DNA from: an uncultured Bacteroidales bacterium
Lineage (GTDB): Bacteria; Bacteroidota; Bacteroidia; Bacteroidales; VadinHA17
DNA: 64,000 bases
Assembly (NCBI GenBank): GCA_942492865.1
Contig: OW818650.1
Span: 87,892-151,891, forward strand
Reading direction: 5' to 3'
Shown one piece after another: positions 36,984-46,300 of the stretch (its first letter is position 1; each line of letters opens with the position of its first letter). Below the pieces are notes generated by a model. It saw nothing but the letters and a program-made list of their open reading frames with translations. It ran no database searches and was not told where the DNA came from. A program made the translations under genes and the position numbers.

Positions 36984-37502
36984 CTAATTGTGGCTGTCGA
37001 TACCGTACATCATCCTGAAAGTGTGTTTCAGCGTTTTTAGTATCTCAGTCATATACTCCTCAACAGCCTTCACAGAACCGGGAAGGGTATAAATAAGCGA
37101 TTTTCCTGTTATCCCTGCAATCCCTCTGCTAAGCAATGCATTAGGTTTTTCCATACCGTATTTTACCCTTATAAATTCCATGATACCCGGTATTTCCTTC
37201 GAGAGCAGGGGGCGCACTGTATCAACTGTGATGTCCCTGGGTCCTATTCCCGTACCTCCTGTGGTTATGATAAGGTCATATATTGAAGATGATAGTTCAA
37301 TCAGCTCCCTGAGTTTAACAGGATCGTCAGGAAGTAATGCAGAATCAATGCGACTCAACCACTCTTCTGAATCTAAAAATGAAGAGACCATTTCCTTCAC
37401 CTTCGGACCGCTCTTATCTTCGTAGACGCCGGAATGAGCCCTGTCGCTGAGTGTGATAACCAGTACTTCAAGCTTATCAGGCATTTTATCGGGCAGTGTC
37501 AT
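36984..37502 (-). CDS. MogA/MoaB-family molybdopterin adenylyltransferase-like protein
   Basis: 'ITLSDRA...DLIITTGGTGIGPRDIT' MoCF_biosynth motif. Confidence 0.75.
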   Translation of the reverse strand: MTLPDKMPDKLEVLVITLSDRAHSGVYEDKSGPKVKEMVSSFLDSEEWLSRIDSALLPDDPVKLRELIELSSSIYDLIITTGGTGIGPRDITVDTVRPLLSKEIPGIMEFIRVKYGMEKPNALLSRGIAGITGKSLIYTLPGSVKAVEEYMTEILKTLKHTFRMMYGIDSHN

Positions 37503-37954
37503 ATCTTTACTTTTTCTATAAGACGCACATTTTCAATTTTCATTGTCTTATCAACCGCCTTGCACATATCATATACAGTAAGTAAAGCAACTGACACTGC
37601 AGTGAGCGCCTCCATTTCAACCCCCGTCTTACCGGTGCATCTTACCTCACTGGTGATTACTACTCCTCCCTCATCGAGATCAGCATCAACTTTTACATTC
37701 TCCAGTACAATATTATGGCACAGTGGTATTAGACTTGCCGTTTGCTTTGATGCGCCTATCCCTGCAAGCCTTGCAACTGAAAGAACATCCCCTTTTTTAA
37801 TAAGATTTTCTTTTATCAGTTTTATTGTTTCCGGAGAAAGCAAAATACGTCCTGAAGCTTTAGCTATCCGCAGCTGGTTTTCTTTTCCTCCGATATCGAC
37901 CATTGCTGCCTTCCCTTTGTTGTCGGTATGACTTAGTTTATTCATGATTATCAT
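37499..37954 (-). CDS. moaC: Cyclic pyranopterin monophosphate synthase accessory protein MoaC
   Basis: 'MVDIGGK', 'KGDVLSVARLAGI', 'IPLCHNI', 'TGKTGVEMEALTAVSVALLTVYDMCKA'. Confidence 0.85.
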   Translation of the reverse strand: MIIMNKLSHTDNKGKAAMVDIGGKENQLRIAKASGRILLSPETIKLIKENLIKKGDVLSVARLAGIGASKQTASLIPLCHNIVLENVKVDADLDEGGVVITSEVRCTGKTGVEMEALTAVSVALLTVYDMCKAVDKTMKIENVRLIEKVKI

Positions 37955-38751
37955 CCTCCTATATTGTAAAATCTGCCGGTATTATTGAATGACCCGCACC
38001 GGGGCTTCATCTCAACTGCCCTGCGAAAAGCATTTTCAATTCCCATCTGCCTCACATCGATCTCCGTATCATTGAAAAGGCATGGTCGCAGCTTGCCGCT
38101 GGCTGTAAGCCTTAACCTGTTACACAGTGAACAATTTCCGCCTTCTCCTCCAATAACAGTCGAAAAATGACCTTTCACAAGATCCATCTGGTGGATATAT
38201 CTTACCTCCAGTCCATTTGCAAGGCCATACTGTGTAACAGCGACAGCATCAGTCTCTTCTTTAGATTCTTCGATAACACAATTGAGCTTTACCAGTTCCA
38301 GGCCGGCATCTTTGGCTGACTGTATTCCTTCAAGTACATCATCCAGCCTGTCAAACCCGGTTATTCTCCTGAATTTTTCACGGTCAACAGTATCGAGGCT
38401 TACATTAATTCTCTGAAGGCCTGCCGCCTGCAGGTCCTTTGCAAATTCCTTTAACATAACGCCGTTGGTTGTCATCGACAGATCCTTAATGCCTTCAATA
38501 CCGGCAATCATCCCCACAAGTGTAACGATCCCTCTTCTTACGAGAGGTTCTCCTCCTGTTATCCTGACCTTTGTAACACCATTAGAAACAGCATAACGGG
38601 TAAATTCCGTGATCTCGTCAAATGTAAAAATATGGTCATGAGGCAATAATTGGATGCCTTCTGCAGGCATGCAATATTTGCATCTCAGGTTGCACCGGTC
38701 GGTAACCGAGATCCGCAGATAATTAATTTCCCTGTCAAATCTGTCGTACAC
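37951..38751 (-). CDS. moaA: GTP 3',8-cyclase MoaA (compact 266-aa form)
   Basis: Radical-SAM 'YLRISVTDRCNLRCKYCMP', second cluster 'CSLCNRLRLTASGKLRPC' (CX2CX13C), and a C-terminal 'IGG'. Confidence 0.85.
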   Translation of the reverse strand: MYDRFDREINYLRISVTDRCNLRCKYCMPAEGIQLLPHDHIFTFDEITEFTRYAVSNGVTKVRITGGEPLVRRGIVTLVGMIAGIEGIKDLSMTTNGVMLKEFAKDLQAAGLQRINVSLDTVDREKFRRITGFDRLDDVLEGIQSAKDAGLELVKLNCVIEESKEETDAVAVTQYGLANGLEVRYIHQMDLVKGHFSTVIGGEGGNCSLCNRLRLTASGKLRPCLFNDTEIDVRQMGIENAFRRAVEMKPRCGSFNNTGRFYNIGG

Positions 38752-39910
38752 TTACCTGTTCTCCTTTTTGTATTGTTTGTACTCCTATGGGTAATGCTAT
38801 TATCCCATCCGCAACGGATAAGGCCGCAATATGTGCCGAACCATGATAATCGACCGGAGCTACATAACCATCGTCGGTAAAAACAACCGGTAACAGAGCC
38901 ATCCTGTCTGATGATTTCCTCGAATAACGGTCTTTCATCGGGAAAATTACATCCATCGGCTGCCACTGGTAATCCATCATTTTTGAGATCAATGGCCTGA
39001 TGAGCATTTCAAATTGCATAAAGGATGAGACCGGGTTTCCGGGCAGACCAAAAACCAGTGATGTTTGATGAGTACCGAATAGGGTCGGTTTCCCGGGTTG
39101 AACAGCGACTTTGGAAAACAGGATATTTACCCCAAGCCTTTCAAGCACTGCCGGGATAAAATCAAAATCGCCCATTGAAACACCTCCAGTTATTAAAACA
39201 ATGTCGGTCCCGGAAAGGGCTTTTTCAATAATTTCCTGTGTCTTTTTTTCATCATCCGGAGCAATGCCATAATATTTCTCCTCACCACCTGCCCTCCTTA
39301 TCTGAACCATCAGCTGATATGCATTAGAATTTCTTATCTGGGCAGGACCGGGTTTCATATCCGGTTCTGTCAACTCACTCCCTGAGCTTATTACGGCAAC
39401 CAACGGCTTTTTCCTTACTGCAATATTCACGGATCCTGTTGCCGCCATTACGGCGACATCCTGCGGACGGATCATTATTCCCGGCTCCAGAACTACAGCT
39501 CCCTGCTTTATATCTTCTCCTTTCCGTGAAATATTATCCTTATCTGACGGCCTGGTACATTTAACTCGTCCTGATTCCAGTATTTTTGCATCCTCCACCA
39601 TAAAAACATGATCAGCACCCGGAGGCACTGGGGCGCCTGTCATAATCTTCGAGCATTTGTCGGGTGTTATCCTGCAGTCTGGCACCTTACCGGCAGGAAT
39701 AGTCTCAATAAGTTGAAGCTCATGGTTAAGATCTTCCCGTCTGCAGGCATATCCATCCACATTCGATTTATTGAAAGGAGGAAGATCAATATCGCTTACT
39801 ATATTCTCAGCCAGTACCCGGTTCATTGTTTCAGTGAACGGAACTGTTTCAATTCCGGTGAGAAATGCTGAATTCATTACTATCTCGTATGCTTCTTCAA
39901 GCTGTATCAT
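38735..39910 (-). CDS. moeA: Molybdopterin molybdenum/tungsten transferase MoeA
   Basis: 391 aa. 'DLPPFNKSNVDGYA', 'ITGGVSMGDFDF', 'VAVQPGKPTLFG', 'GLPGNPVSS'. Confidence 0.8.
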   Translation of the reverse strand: MIQLEEAYEIVMNSAFLTGIETVPFTETMNRVLAENIVSDIDLPPFNKSNVDGYACRREDLNHELQLIETIPAGKVPDCRITPDKCSKIMTGAPVPPGADHVFMVEDAKILESGRVKCTRPSDKDNISRKGEDIKQGAVVLEPGIMIRPQDVAVMAATGSVNIAVRKKPLVAVISSGSELTEPDMKPGPAQIRNSNAYQLMVQIRRAGGEEKYYGIAPDDEKKTQEIIEKALSGTDIVLITGGVSMGDFDFIPAVLERLGVNILFSKVAVQPGKPTLFGTHQTSLVFGLPGNPVSSFMQFEMLIRPLISKMMDYQWQPMDVIFPMKDRYSRKSSDRMALLPVVFTDDGYVAPVDYHGSAHIAALSVADGIIALPIGVQTIQKGEQVSVRQI

Positions 39911-39919
39911 AATGTCATT

Positions 39920-40984
39920 TTATATGTTTGAGCCCTGAAGGGCGATAAGCGATTCCGGGGCAAAAGTCATCCATACCTCCGACTCTTCATTAACCGGATC
40001 TTTCCTGAAATTTTCATAGATAACATCAACATAAAACAATTCTCCGGCATAAACGGTTATTTCCATACCCGATTCCGATGGTATTATTTCCTTCACTCTG
40101 CCTTTAACAATATTATTACCTGTTACTTTGGCTGGTTCTTTTGTAAAAATTTTAATATCCTCGCTCCTGAGTATTACCAGACCTTCGGACGGATAGTTAT
40201 TCCCTGAAAGATGTAAAGTCAGATTCTGATTACAGAAAGCTTCCCAGGTTCCATCGTGAAGTCTGAACTTAACCCTGAAAAAGTTTTTGATCCCTCCGTA
40301 TCTTGCCACAAACCGGTTAACCGGTTTCCTGAAGACATCTTCGGTCTTTCCTTCCTGTATTATCCTGCCGTTATGCATCACTCCCACCCTGTGAGCAAGG
40401 CTTACAGCTTCCCTGTAATCGTGTGTAACATGGATAATTGTCAGTCCGCTTTTATTAAGACTGCGCAGCATCCTTTTAATATCATCTTTCAGGCTTGCAT
40501 CTATTGATGCCATTGGCTCATCAAGAAGGAGCAGCCTGGGAGAATTTACGAGCGTCCGGGCTATTGCAACCCTCTGGAGCTCACCGCCCGACAAATTATG
40601 AATATAGCGTTTTAAAAGATGGCTAATATTCATTTTTTCTGAGATAGCGGTCACTTTTTCCTCTATTATTCTATGGTTTGTTCCTGTTGAATGGAGTGGA
40701 TATGCAATATTTGCGGCGACAGTCATATTCGGGAAGAGGGCATAATCCTGGAAGACCAGTCCGATCTTTCTTTTCTGGATCTTTTTTCGTGTAATATTTT
40801 CTCCTTCGAGCCATATCTCACCGCTATCAGGATCGGCAAGCCCGGTGATAAGCTCGAGCAGTCTTGTCTTGCCCGAACCCGACCGGCCCAGTAATATATA
40901 ATATTCTCCTTCGGCTATCTCAAGGTTGATATCTTTGAGAGCAAACTGACCGAATTTCTTGTTTATATTTTTAAGAGTCAGCAT
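39920..40984 (-). CDS. ABC transporter ATP-binding protein with a C-terminal TOBE-like domain (ModC/WtpC-type)
   Basis: Walker A 'GRSGSGKT', signature 'LSGGELQR', Walker B 'LLLDEP', and a ~110-aa C-terminal extension. Confidence 0.75.
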   Translation of the reverse strand: MLTLKNINKKFGQFALKDINLEIAEGEYYILLGRSGSGKTRLLELITGLADPDSGEIWLEGENITRKKIQKRKIGLVFQDYALFPNMTVAANIAYPLHSTGTNHRIIEEKVTAISEKMNISHLLKRYIHNLSGGELQRVAIARTLVNSPRLLLLDEPMASIDASLKDDIKRMLRSLNKSGLTIIHVTHDYREAVSLAHRVGVMHNGRIIQEGKTEDVFRKPVNRFVARYGGIKNFFRVKFRLHDGTWEAFCNQNLTLHLSGNNYPSEGLVILRSEDIKIFTKEPAKVTGNNIVKGRVKEIIPSESGMEITVYAGELFYVDVIYENFRKDPVNEESEVWMTFAPESLIALQGSNI

Positions 40985-41777
40985 CGGCGCTTATATGAAT
41001 CTCTTTCCTTTTGAAGGAAATGAGCCTGAGGATTATAAATACTGCAAGCGCCACGAGGATGAAGAGTACTGAGGCGGGTCGCGCATAATTCAGTCCGAAT
41101 GAACTGAAACGCTCATAGATCAGGACCGGTGCTATCATCGGGTGATATGCAACAATAACAACGGCGCCAAATTCACTCATTCCCCTGGCAAACATCATTA
41201 CAAAGCCTGTCATAATACTTCTTGAGGCCAGGGGAAAAGATACGGTAAAAAACACTCTTCTGCGGCCGGCTCCAAGTGTCAATGCCGCTTTTTCGAGGCG
41301 CTCGGGGACAGCAGCAAAGCCATCGCGTGCCGAATTAATAAGAAAAGGAAGACTGACGAAAGCCATTGCAAGAGCAATACCGGCCGGATTATTGATAAGG
41401 GTAGCACCGAATAGTCCGGCAATCTTACCGAGCGATCCGTCCCTTGAAATAAATCCCAGAATGGCAATGCCTGCGGCAGTATGAGGAAGCACCACGGGAA
41501 TATCAATAATACCCTGGATGATATTCTTCCCGGGGAAATTTTTTCTGGCCATGAACCACGCAAGAGGAATTGCTCCTGCTGCAAAGACAAAGGTAGCTGC
41601 AAATGATACCCATAATGTGAGCCAGATGCTTTGCTGAACCTCCTTATCTGCTGCTGTTCTGATTATCTCATCGCCCCGGGTATTAAGGAACATGCCGGCA
41701 AGGGGCGCAATTATAAACAGAAGTATCAGAGACGACAGGAAAATCATAACAAGATTAAATGTTGTATATTTTGTCAT
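40971..41777 (-). CDS. ABC transporter permease (ModB/WtpB-type)
   Basis: 268-aa polytopic protein with the EAA-like loop 'LEKAALTLGAGRRRVFFTVSFPLA'. Confidence 0.75.
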   Translation of the reverse strand: MTKYTTFNLVMIFLSSLILLFIIAPLAGMFLNTRGDEIIRTAADKEVQQSIWLTLWVSFAATFVFAAGAIPLAWFMARKNFPGKNIIQGIIDIPVVLPHTAAGIAILGFISRDGSLGKIAGLFGATLINNPAGIALAMAFVSLPFLINSARDGFAAVPERLEKAALTLGAGRRRVFFTVSFPLASRSIMTGFVMMFARGMSEFGAVVIVAYHPMIAPVLIYERFSSFGLNYARPASVLFILVALAVFIILRLISFKRKEIHISADADS

Positions 41778-41785
41778 CTCAGCGT

Positions 41786-42742
41786 CTAAAGTGGTTTGAG
41801 ATATTTTACCAGCTTCTCCGGGATCAATCCAGGTTGCTCAGTGCTGAAAGGAATTATCAGATCCTGCCCGCTATTTCTGAAAATTTCCATACCCACCGGA
41901 CTGAGCATAAACTCCATAAAATCAGTTGCTGCTTCTGCATTGGGTGCATTTTCAAGGATAGTTGCGCTGTAATTAATGTATTCACCGGTGATCTTCATGG
42001 TTGATTCGGGTGCACCAGCCCTAACGGACACTGATACCGTATTGTAAATCTCATTCATTTCCGGATCTGAAAGATTTATCTCATCAGGCAGTTCAATATA
42101 CCTGAGGTTGTGCTGGATGGCAACCGATTTATACAGAAAAATATAGTCTGCTGCCCTTATTTCAACAAGCGCAACAAGATCAACTTCCTTGGGACGGATA
42201 AACTCTTTGTCCTTTGGAACTAATTTGTCAGTCAAACCCGGCCTGTTATAATATTTTTCAGCAAGCATGAACGTCATAAGGGTCCTGTATCCCCCGGGAT
42301 CGGCATCCGGATCAGACCTGGCATATTTAACATCGTCCCTAAGAAGAACATCCATCCAGTTCGAGCTGTTGATCTCTGAGGCATATTTCGACTTTTCGTT
42401 TAGCGCTATAACGATCTCATTTGTAGCGAACCTTATGTTCCATATGGCATAATCGGGCATAAGCAATTCACTGATAACAAAATAGTCAGCTGAAGCTACT
42501 ATGTCGCAGGGTTTTTTGAGCTCAGTAACTTTACGTGCACATACAATACTGCCTGCAGGCTCAAGAAGAACCTTTGCACCGGGATTTGCTTTCTCATAAG
42601 CTAATGCGATTTGCTTAAAAGGAACAGACAGGCTTCCAGCATGAAATATGATTATTTCATCAGGTTTTTTATTACCGTTTTTACATCCCGCCAGTAAAAA
42701 TGATATAAAAATTGCCGATAAGAACAGTGAGCTCTTCATCAA
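41786..42742 (-). CDS. Tungstate/molybdate-binding lipoprotein (WtpA/ModA-like)
   Basis: Lipobox 'LLAGC'. 'IIIFHAGSLSVPFKQIA...EPAGSIVCARKV...DIVASADY' resembles my recollection of WtpA-type binding proteins. First gene after the AOR gene. Confidence 0.6.
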   Translation of the reverse strand: MMKSSLFLSAIFISFLLAGCKNGNKKPDEIIIFHAGSLSVPFKQIALAYEKANPGAKVLLEPAGSIVCARKVTELKKPCDIVASADYFVISELLMPDYAIWNIRFATNEIVIALNEKSKYASEINSSNWMDVLLRDDVKYARSDPDADPGGYRTLMTFMLAEKYYNRPGLTDKLVPKDKEFIRPKEVDLVALVEIRAADYIFLYKSVAIQHNLRYIELPDEINLSDPEMNEIYNTVSVSVRAGAPESTMKITGEYINYSATILENAPNAEAATDFMEFMLSPVGMEIFRNSGQDLIIPFSTEQPGLIPEKLVKYLKPL

Positions 42743-42792
42743 TTGTAAATATATTCCAAATCGGTGTATTTTAAAAGCGGCAATTTTCCTAT

Positions 42793-44946
42793 CTATTGAT
42801 ATTCTTTTACTACATCGATCACTTCAGGCAGATCCATTCCGATCTTTTTCAGAAATTCAATAGTCGGAATTCCGTTATTGTTCCATCCCCGCCTTTTATA
42901 TACGGCATCTAAAAGGCTTTCATACTGGTCTTCCCGGTACTTACGCATAATTTTCATCTTTTCTTCAGTTGATCTTCCACGGGGATCTATATTCACCTTT
43001 TCCATCAATTGCCTGTCGTACCGTTCAGCTCTCGATTCATACTCTTCAACAGTTACCGGACCGGCCGCGCGGTAAGGCTGCCTGTCGTGGATTCGTTTAC
43101 CATAACCGCGCCGTATATTAAATACCCGCTGGAAATTATACACCCGCTCAGAATCTTCTATGAGTCTTCTCTTATCGAACTCACGTCCTGTAACGGCTTT
43201 ATAAATTGTTACATAATTGTCGACATGTTCCGGGATTTTTTCAGGTTCATCTGACGCAGCATTGCTCTCCGGTTCCACATCGTTCCATGGAAGCTTGCAC
43301 AGGCCCACCAGGCCGAACCAGGTGCGGAACATTGGGAAATAATGCAGCGCCTCAGCTTTATTCTCAAATGACGGGATCTGGTTATTTATCATATCCATAA
43401 AGATGAGCCAGGCTTCGTCGTGCTGCGGACCCTTGTTTGTCATGGCGAACCCGCCCTGCTGCGCAAGAGACTCTTTGGGCAGATATTGTGAATATTCAAG
43501 TCCCTTATTTTCCATTGCAATATCGGTGAGAAATGAAGCATCACCCCATCCGTTTTTGATAAACAACTCTTTCATTTTGCGTACACCTGTGCCGGCCACC
43601 CTTCCAAAGCCTTCACCTCCTGCCATCTGATGCAGGAGCTTAAGGGCATCTTCAGCATTACCGAACCGGAGATCAAGACCGCCTGTTCTTTCTTTATTAA
43701 GAATGCCATTTTCATAGCACTCCATTATAAAAGCAGTAATGGTGCTCCATGTTATTGTACAAACGCCATAGGTGTCGCAATAAAAATTTGTCTCCATCAC
43801 ATATTCCGCATCAAATATTCCGCAATTGGCCCCAAGTCCCGCTGCATTTTCATACTCAGGACCATCGACAATAACTTTTTGTCCCCTGTGCGGGCCGGTT
43901 TTCACCTCGTAGCTGTCAACAGCCTTGCAACACGACATATTGCAGCCAATCCAGCAGCCATCGGGAACATTCTGGGTAAAATTTCTCTTCCACACCGATG
44001 AATCTATCTTAAAAGCATCGGGATGGCTTCCGTATTTGTAATTCATTACCGGAAGAAGATCATGATCGTTCATTACTTCCATAAGATGAGCGGTACCAAC
44101 CTGTCTCATCCGGCACTGTTTATCGTCAAGCTCTCTGATTTCCCTTGTTATTCGCCTGCCCCTTTCCATAATGGGCTCAAGGTCGGCAACATTATTCAGG
44201 TTCCCCTTGACCCCGGGGATCCTGCATACCAGGGCCCTTAATCTTTTATTACGGAACACTGTTCCAATACCCCCTCGTCCGGCCTGCTTCATCCTTACTT
44301 TTTTCCTCCTTGGATCATAGAAGCTGAAGTTCAGCATTCCAATAAGCGAATGATCGGCAGCTGAACCTGTTGAAACAACACCTATGTTTTTCTTATCATT
44401 ATCATTTCCGGCAAATTCAGCCGTTAAATTTTCGGCAAGCTCATGGCTGTCCCTCGTTCCGGGAAGGGATTCGTAAATACTTATATTATGGTTTACGCCA
44501 TCAATAAAGACGATTATATCAGTATCCGATTTACCCTGTATCTCAAGGGCATCAAATCCCGAGAACTTCAGAAAGGGGCCGAAAAACCCTCCGACATTGC
44601 TGTCGATGACCAGGTCGGTCTGTGGCGATATGGTTACAACAAGTGATTTTCCGGTGCCAGAATATTGCGTTATCCCTCCTATCGGACCTGAAGATATAAT
44701 TATTTCATTATCAGGATCATCCCACCGGGTATCAGGCCTGGTTGCATCCCACAAAAGACGCAAACCATAACCTTTGCCTCCAATGAATTTTTCCTTCATC
44801 AGCGGTGGAACAACTTTCTCCGTCATTACCCTGGTTCCGACATTCAGATACAGTATCCTGTCGGTATATCCCCTGTTTAGAGGAGTCCAACTGTAATTCC
44901 ATTCCTCTATCAGTTTGCCCACGGCTTTGAGTCCCGGATAGCTCAT
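42793..44946 (-). CDS. Aldehyde:ferredoxin oxidoreductase family protein (tungsto-/molybdopterin enzyme), long 717-aa form
   Basis: N-terminal AFOR_N-like 'GKGYGLRLLWD...GPIGG', Cys-rich 'CWIGCNMSCC', 'DTYGVC' (DxxGxC cluster/pterin motif), and C-terminal 'KRRGWNNNGIPT'. Confidence 0.8.
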   Translation of the reverse strand: MSYPGLKAVGKLIEEWNYSWTPLNRGYTDRILYLNVGTRVMTEKVVPPLMKEKFIGGKGYGLRLLWDATRPDTRWDDPDNEIIISSGPIGGITQYSGTGKSLVVTISPQTDLVIDSNVGGFFGPFLKFSGFDALEIQGKSDTDIIVFIDGVNHNISIYESLPGTRDSHELAENLTAEFAGNDNDKKNIGVVSTGSAADHSLIGMLNFSFYDPRRKKVRMKQAGRGGIGTVFRNKRLRALVCRIPGVKGNLNNVADLEPIMERGRRITREIRELDDKQCRMRQVGTAHLMEVMNDHDLLPVMNYKYGSHPDAFKIDSSVWKRNFTQNVPDGCWIGCNMSCCKAVDSYEVKTGPHRGQKVIVDGPEYENAAGLGANCGIFDAEYVMETNFYCDTYGVCTITWSTITAFIMECYENGILNKERTGGLDLRFGNAEDALKLLHQMAGGEGFGRVAGTGVRKMKELFIKNGWGDASFLTDIAMENKGLEYSQYLPKESLAQQGGFAMTNKGPQHDEAWLIFMDMINNQIPSFENKAEALHYFPMFRTWFGLVGLCKLPWNDVEPESNAASDEPEKIPEHVDNYVTIYKAVTGREFDKRRLIEDSERVYNFQRVFNIRRGYGKRIHDRQPYRAAGPVTVEEYESRAERYDRQLMEKVNIDPRGRSTEEKMKIMRKYREDQYESLLDAVYKRRGWNNNGIPTIEFLKKIGMDLPEVIDVVKEYQ

Positions 44947-45109
44947 GGTTCAATAAATTTATCTTTTAAACTAACAGGTTCTCAGTAAATTTAACAGTTA
45001 ATAATCAGTTTTACCATGATAATAATCAGATTATTATGGAACTTTTGCGATCAATCTTAATACAGCAACTGAAAATAAATGTTTGTATCTTTAACCGGAA
45101 AATAAATTA

Positions 45110-45703
45110 ATGAACATTTCCGGCATAATAGAGCATCTTTCAGGTTTCCGGGTAGGTATCGCCGGCGCCGGCGGTTTAGGATCAAATTGTGCCATATCGC
45201 TTGCACGTACCGGTGTCGGCACCATTGTAATTGCTGACTTTGATATTGTTGAAGCATCTAATTTAACCAGGCAATATTACTTTTCTGACCAGGTTGGACT
45301 TATGAAGGTAGTCGCCCTCAGGCAGAATATTTCAAGGATCAATAATAAGATAACAGTGATTGCACATCAGAAGAAACTTGACCGCACCAACATTGAATCT
45401 GTCTTCTCAGGGTGTGACGTTGTTGTTGAAGCTTTCGATTCCCCTGAAATGAAAGAGATGTTAATTGAGACATTACATAACGTTATGCCCGGCATACCGG
45501 TTGTTGCAGCATCGGGAGTAGCCGGATGGGGCAAAAATGATGAAATCAGGTGCAGGGAGGTTGACAGCAACTTTTATGTTTGCGGAGATGAGAAGTATGA
45601 TGTTTCTGAAACAATGCCTGCATTGTCTCCTAAAGTAGGAATTGTGGCAAATATGCAGGCAAATACGGTTATCGGGATTCTAATGAATAAAACTGAACGG
45701 TAA
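45110..45703 (+). CDS. Short ThiF/MoeB-family E1-like adenylyltransferase
   Basis: 197 aa. 'VGIAGAGGLGSNCAISLARTGVGTIVIADFDIVEASNLTRQ' has the nucleotide-binding and Arg-finger region of the ThiF family. No rhodanese domain or CxxC zinc pairs are visible. Confidence 0.7.
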   Translation: MNISGIIEHLSGFRVGIAGAGGLGSNCAISLARTGVGTIVIADFDIVEASNLTRQYYFSDQVGLMKVVALRQNISRINNKITVIAHQKKLDRTNIESVFSGCDVVVEAFDSPEMKEMLIETLHNVMPGIPVVAASGVAGWGKNDEIRCREVDSNFYVCGDEKYDVSETMPALSPKVGIVANMQANTVIGILMNKTER

Positions 45704-45704
45704 G

Positions 45705-45908
45705 ATGAAATTTTTATTGAACGGAAATGAAGAAGAACTGCCAGGTGAATCAGTGGTTATCAGCAGGATGCTGGAAATAAAAAAATTTTCATTTAAAATG
45801 AGGATAATAAAGATAAACGGAGTCCTTATTTCAAAAGAAAACTATGGCACTTCTATAATTAATGACGGAGATAACGTTCAGATGATATATCTCATGAGCG
45901 GCGGATGA
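45705..45908 (+). CDS. ThiS/MoaD-like ubiquitin-fold sulfur carrier
   Basis: 67 aa ending in '...LMSGG' directly before the stop codon. Starts 1 nt after the E1-like gene's stop. Confidence 0.65.
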   Translation: MKFLLNGNEEELPGESVVISRMLEIKKFSFKMRIIKINGVLISKENYGTSIINDGDNVQMIYLMSGG

Positions 45909-45932
45909 AAAAAAAATATGTAGGTTTGTACC

Positions 45933-46271
45933 ATGATCAGGTTTAAATATATCGACAGGATCCCGCCTTTATTAAGGAACAGATATATTCTGACCATACT
46001 TATATTTCTGCTATGGCTCTTCCTGTTCGATTCCAATAATCTTGTTGCCCGCTTTAAAGAGGTAAGGGAATTAAAAAACCTGAAAAAAGACCGGGAATAC
46101 TACCTGCAGAAGATAGAGGTTGACAAGCGAAAGCTTTATGAGCTTAAAACCGACAATCACAATCTTGAGAAATTTGCAAGGGAGCAGTACAGGATGAAAA
46201 AAGCTGATGAAGATCTTTATATTATACTTACTCCAAAGGAAGACAGGGAAATAAAGCGGAAGAATAACTGA
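45933..46271 (+). CDS. FtsB/DivIC-family septum formation initiator
   Basis: 112 aa with a single TM helix ('YILTILIFLLWLFLF'), a coiled-coil segment and 'FAREQYRMKKADEDLYII'. Confidence 0.6.
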   Translation: MIRFKYIDRIPPLLRNRYILTILIFLLWLFLFDSNNLVARFKEVRELKNLKKDREYYLQKIEVDKRKLYELKTDNHNLEKFAREQYRMKKADEDLYIILTPKEDREIKRKNN

Positions 46272-46300
46272 TTACCTGACCCTCCTGAAACCAAAAGCCA

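Noticed and set aside
37951-38751. MoaA possibly truncated or a pseudogene because it is only 266 aa
   Set aside because: The N-terminal radical-SAM CxxxCxxC, the CX2CX13C auxiliary cluster and the C-terminal Gly-Gly are all present, and the frame is intact. It is treated as a compact but complete MoaA.
44947-45109. A Moco/Tuco riboswitch upstream of the AOR operon, or a TPP riboswitch upstream of the ThiF-like gene
   Set aside because: The region is very AT-rich. It lacks the GC-rich conserved helices and motifs I associate with those RNAs (no CTGAGA-type TPP core, no Moco-motif helices). It contains only short direct repeats (TAATAATCAG twice, at 44999 and 45020) and a small ATAAT-cag-ATTAT inverted repeat.
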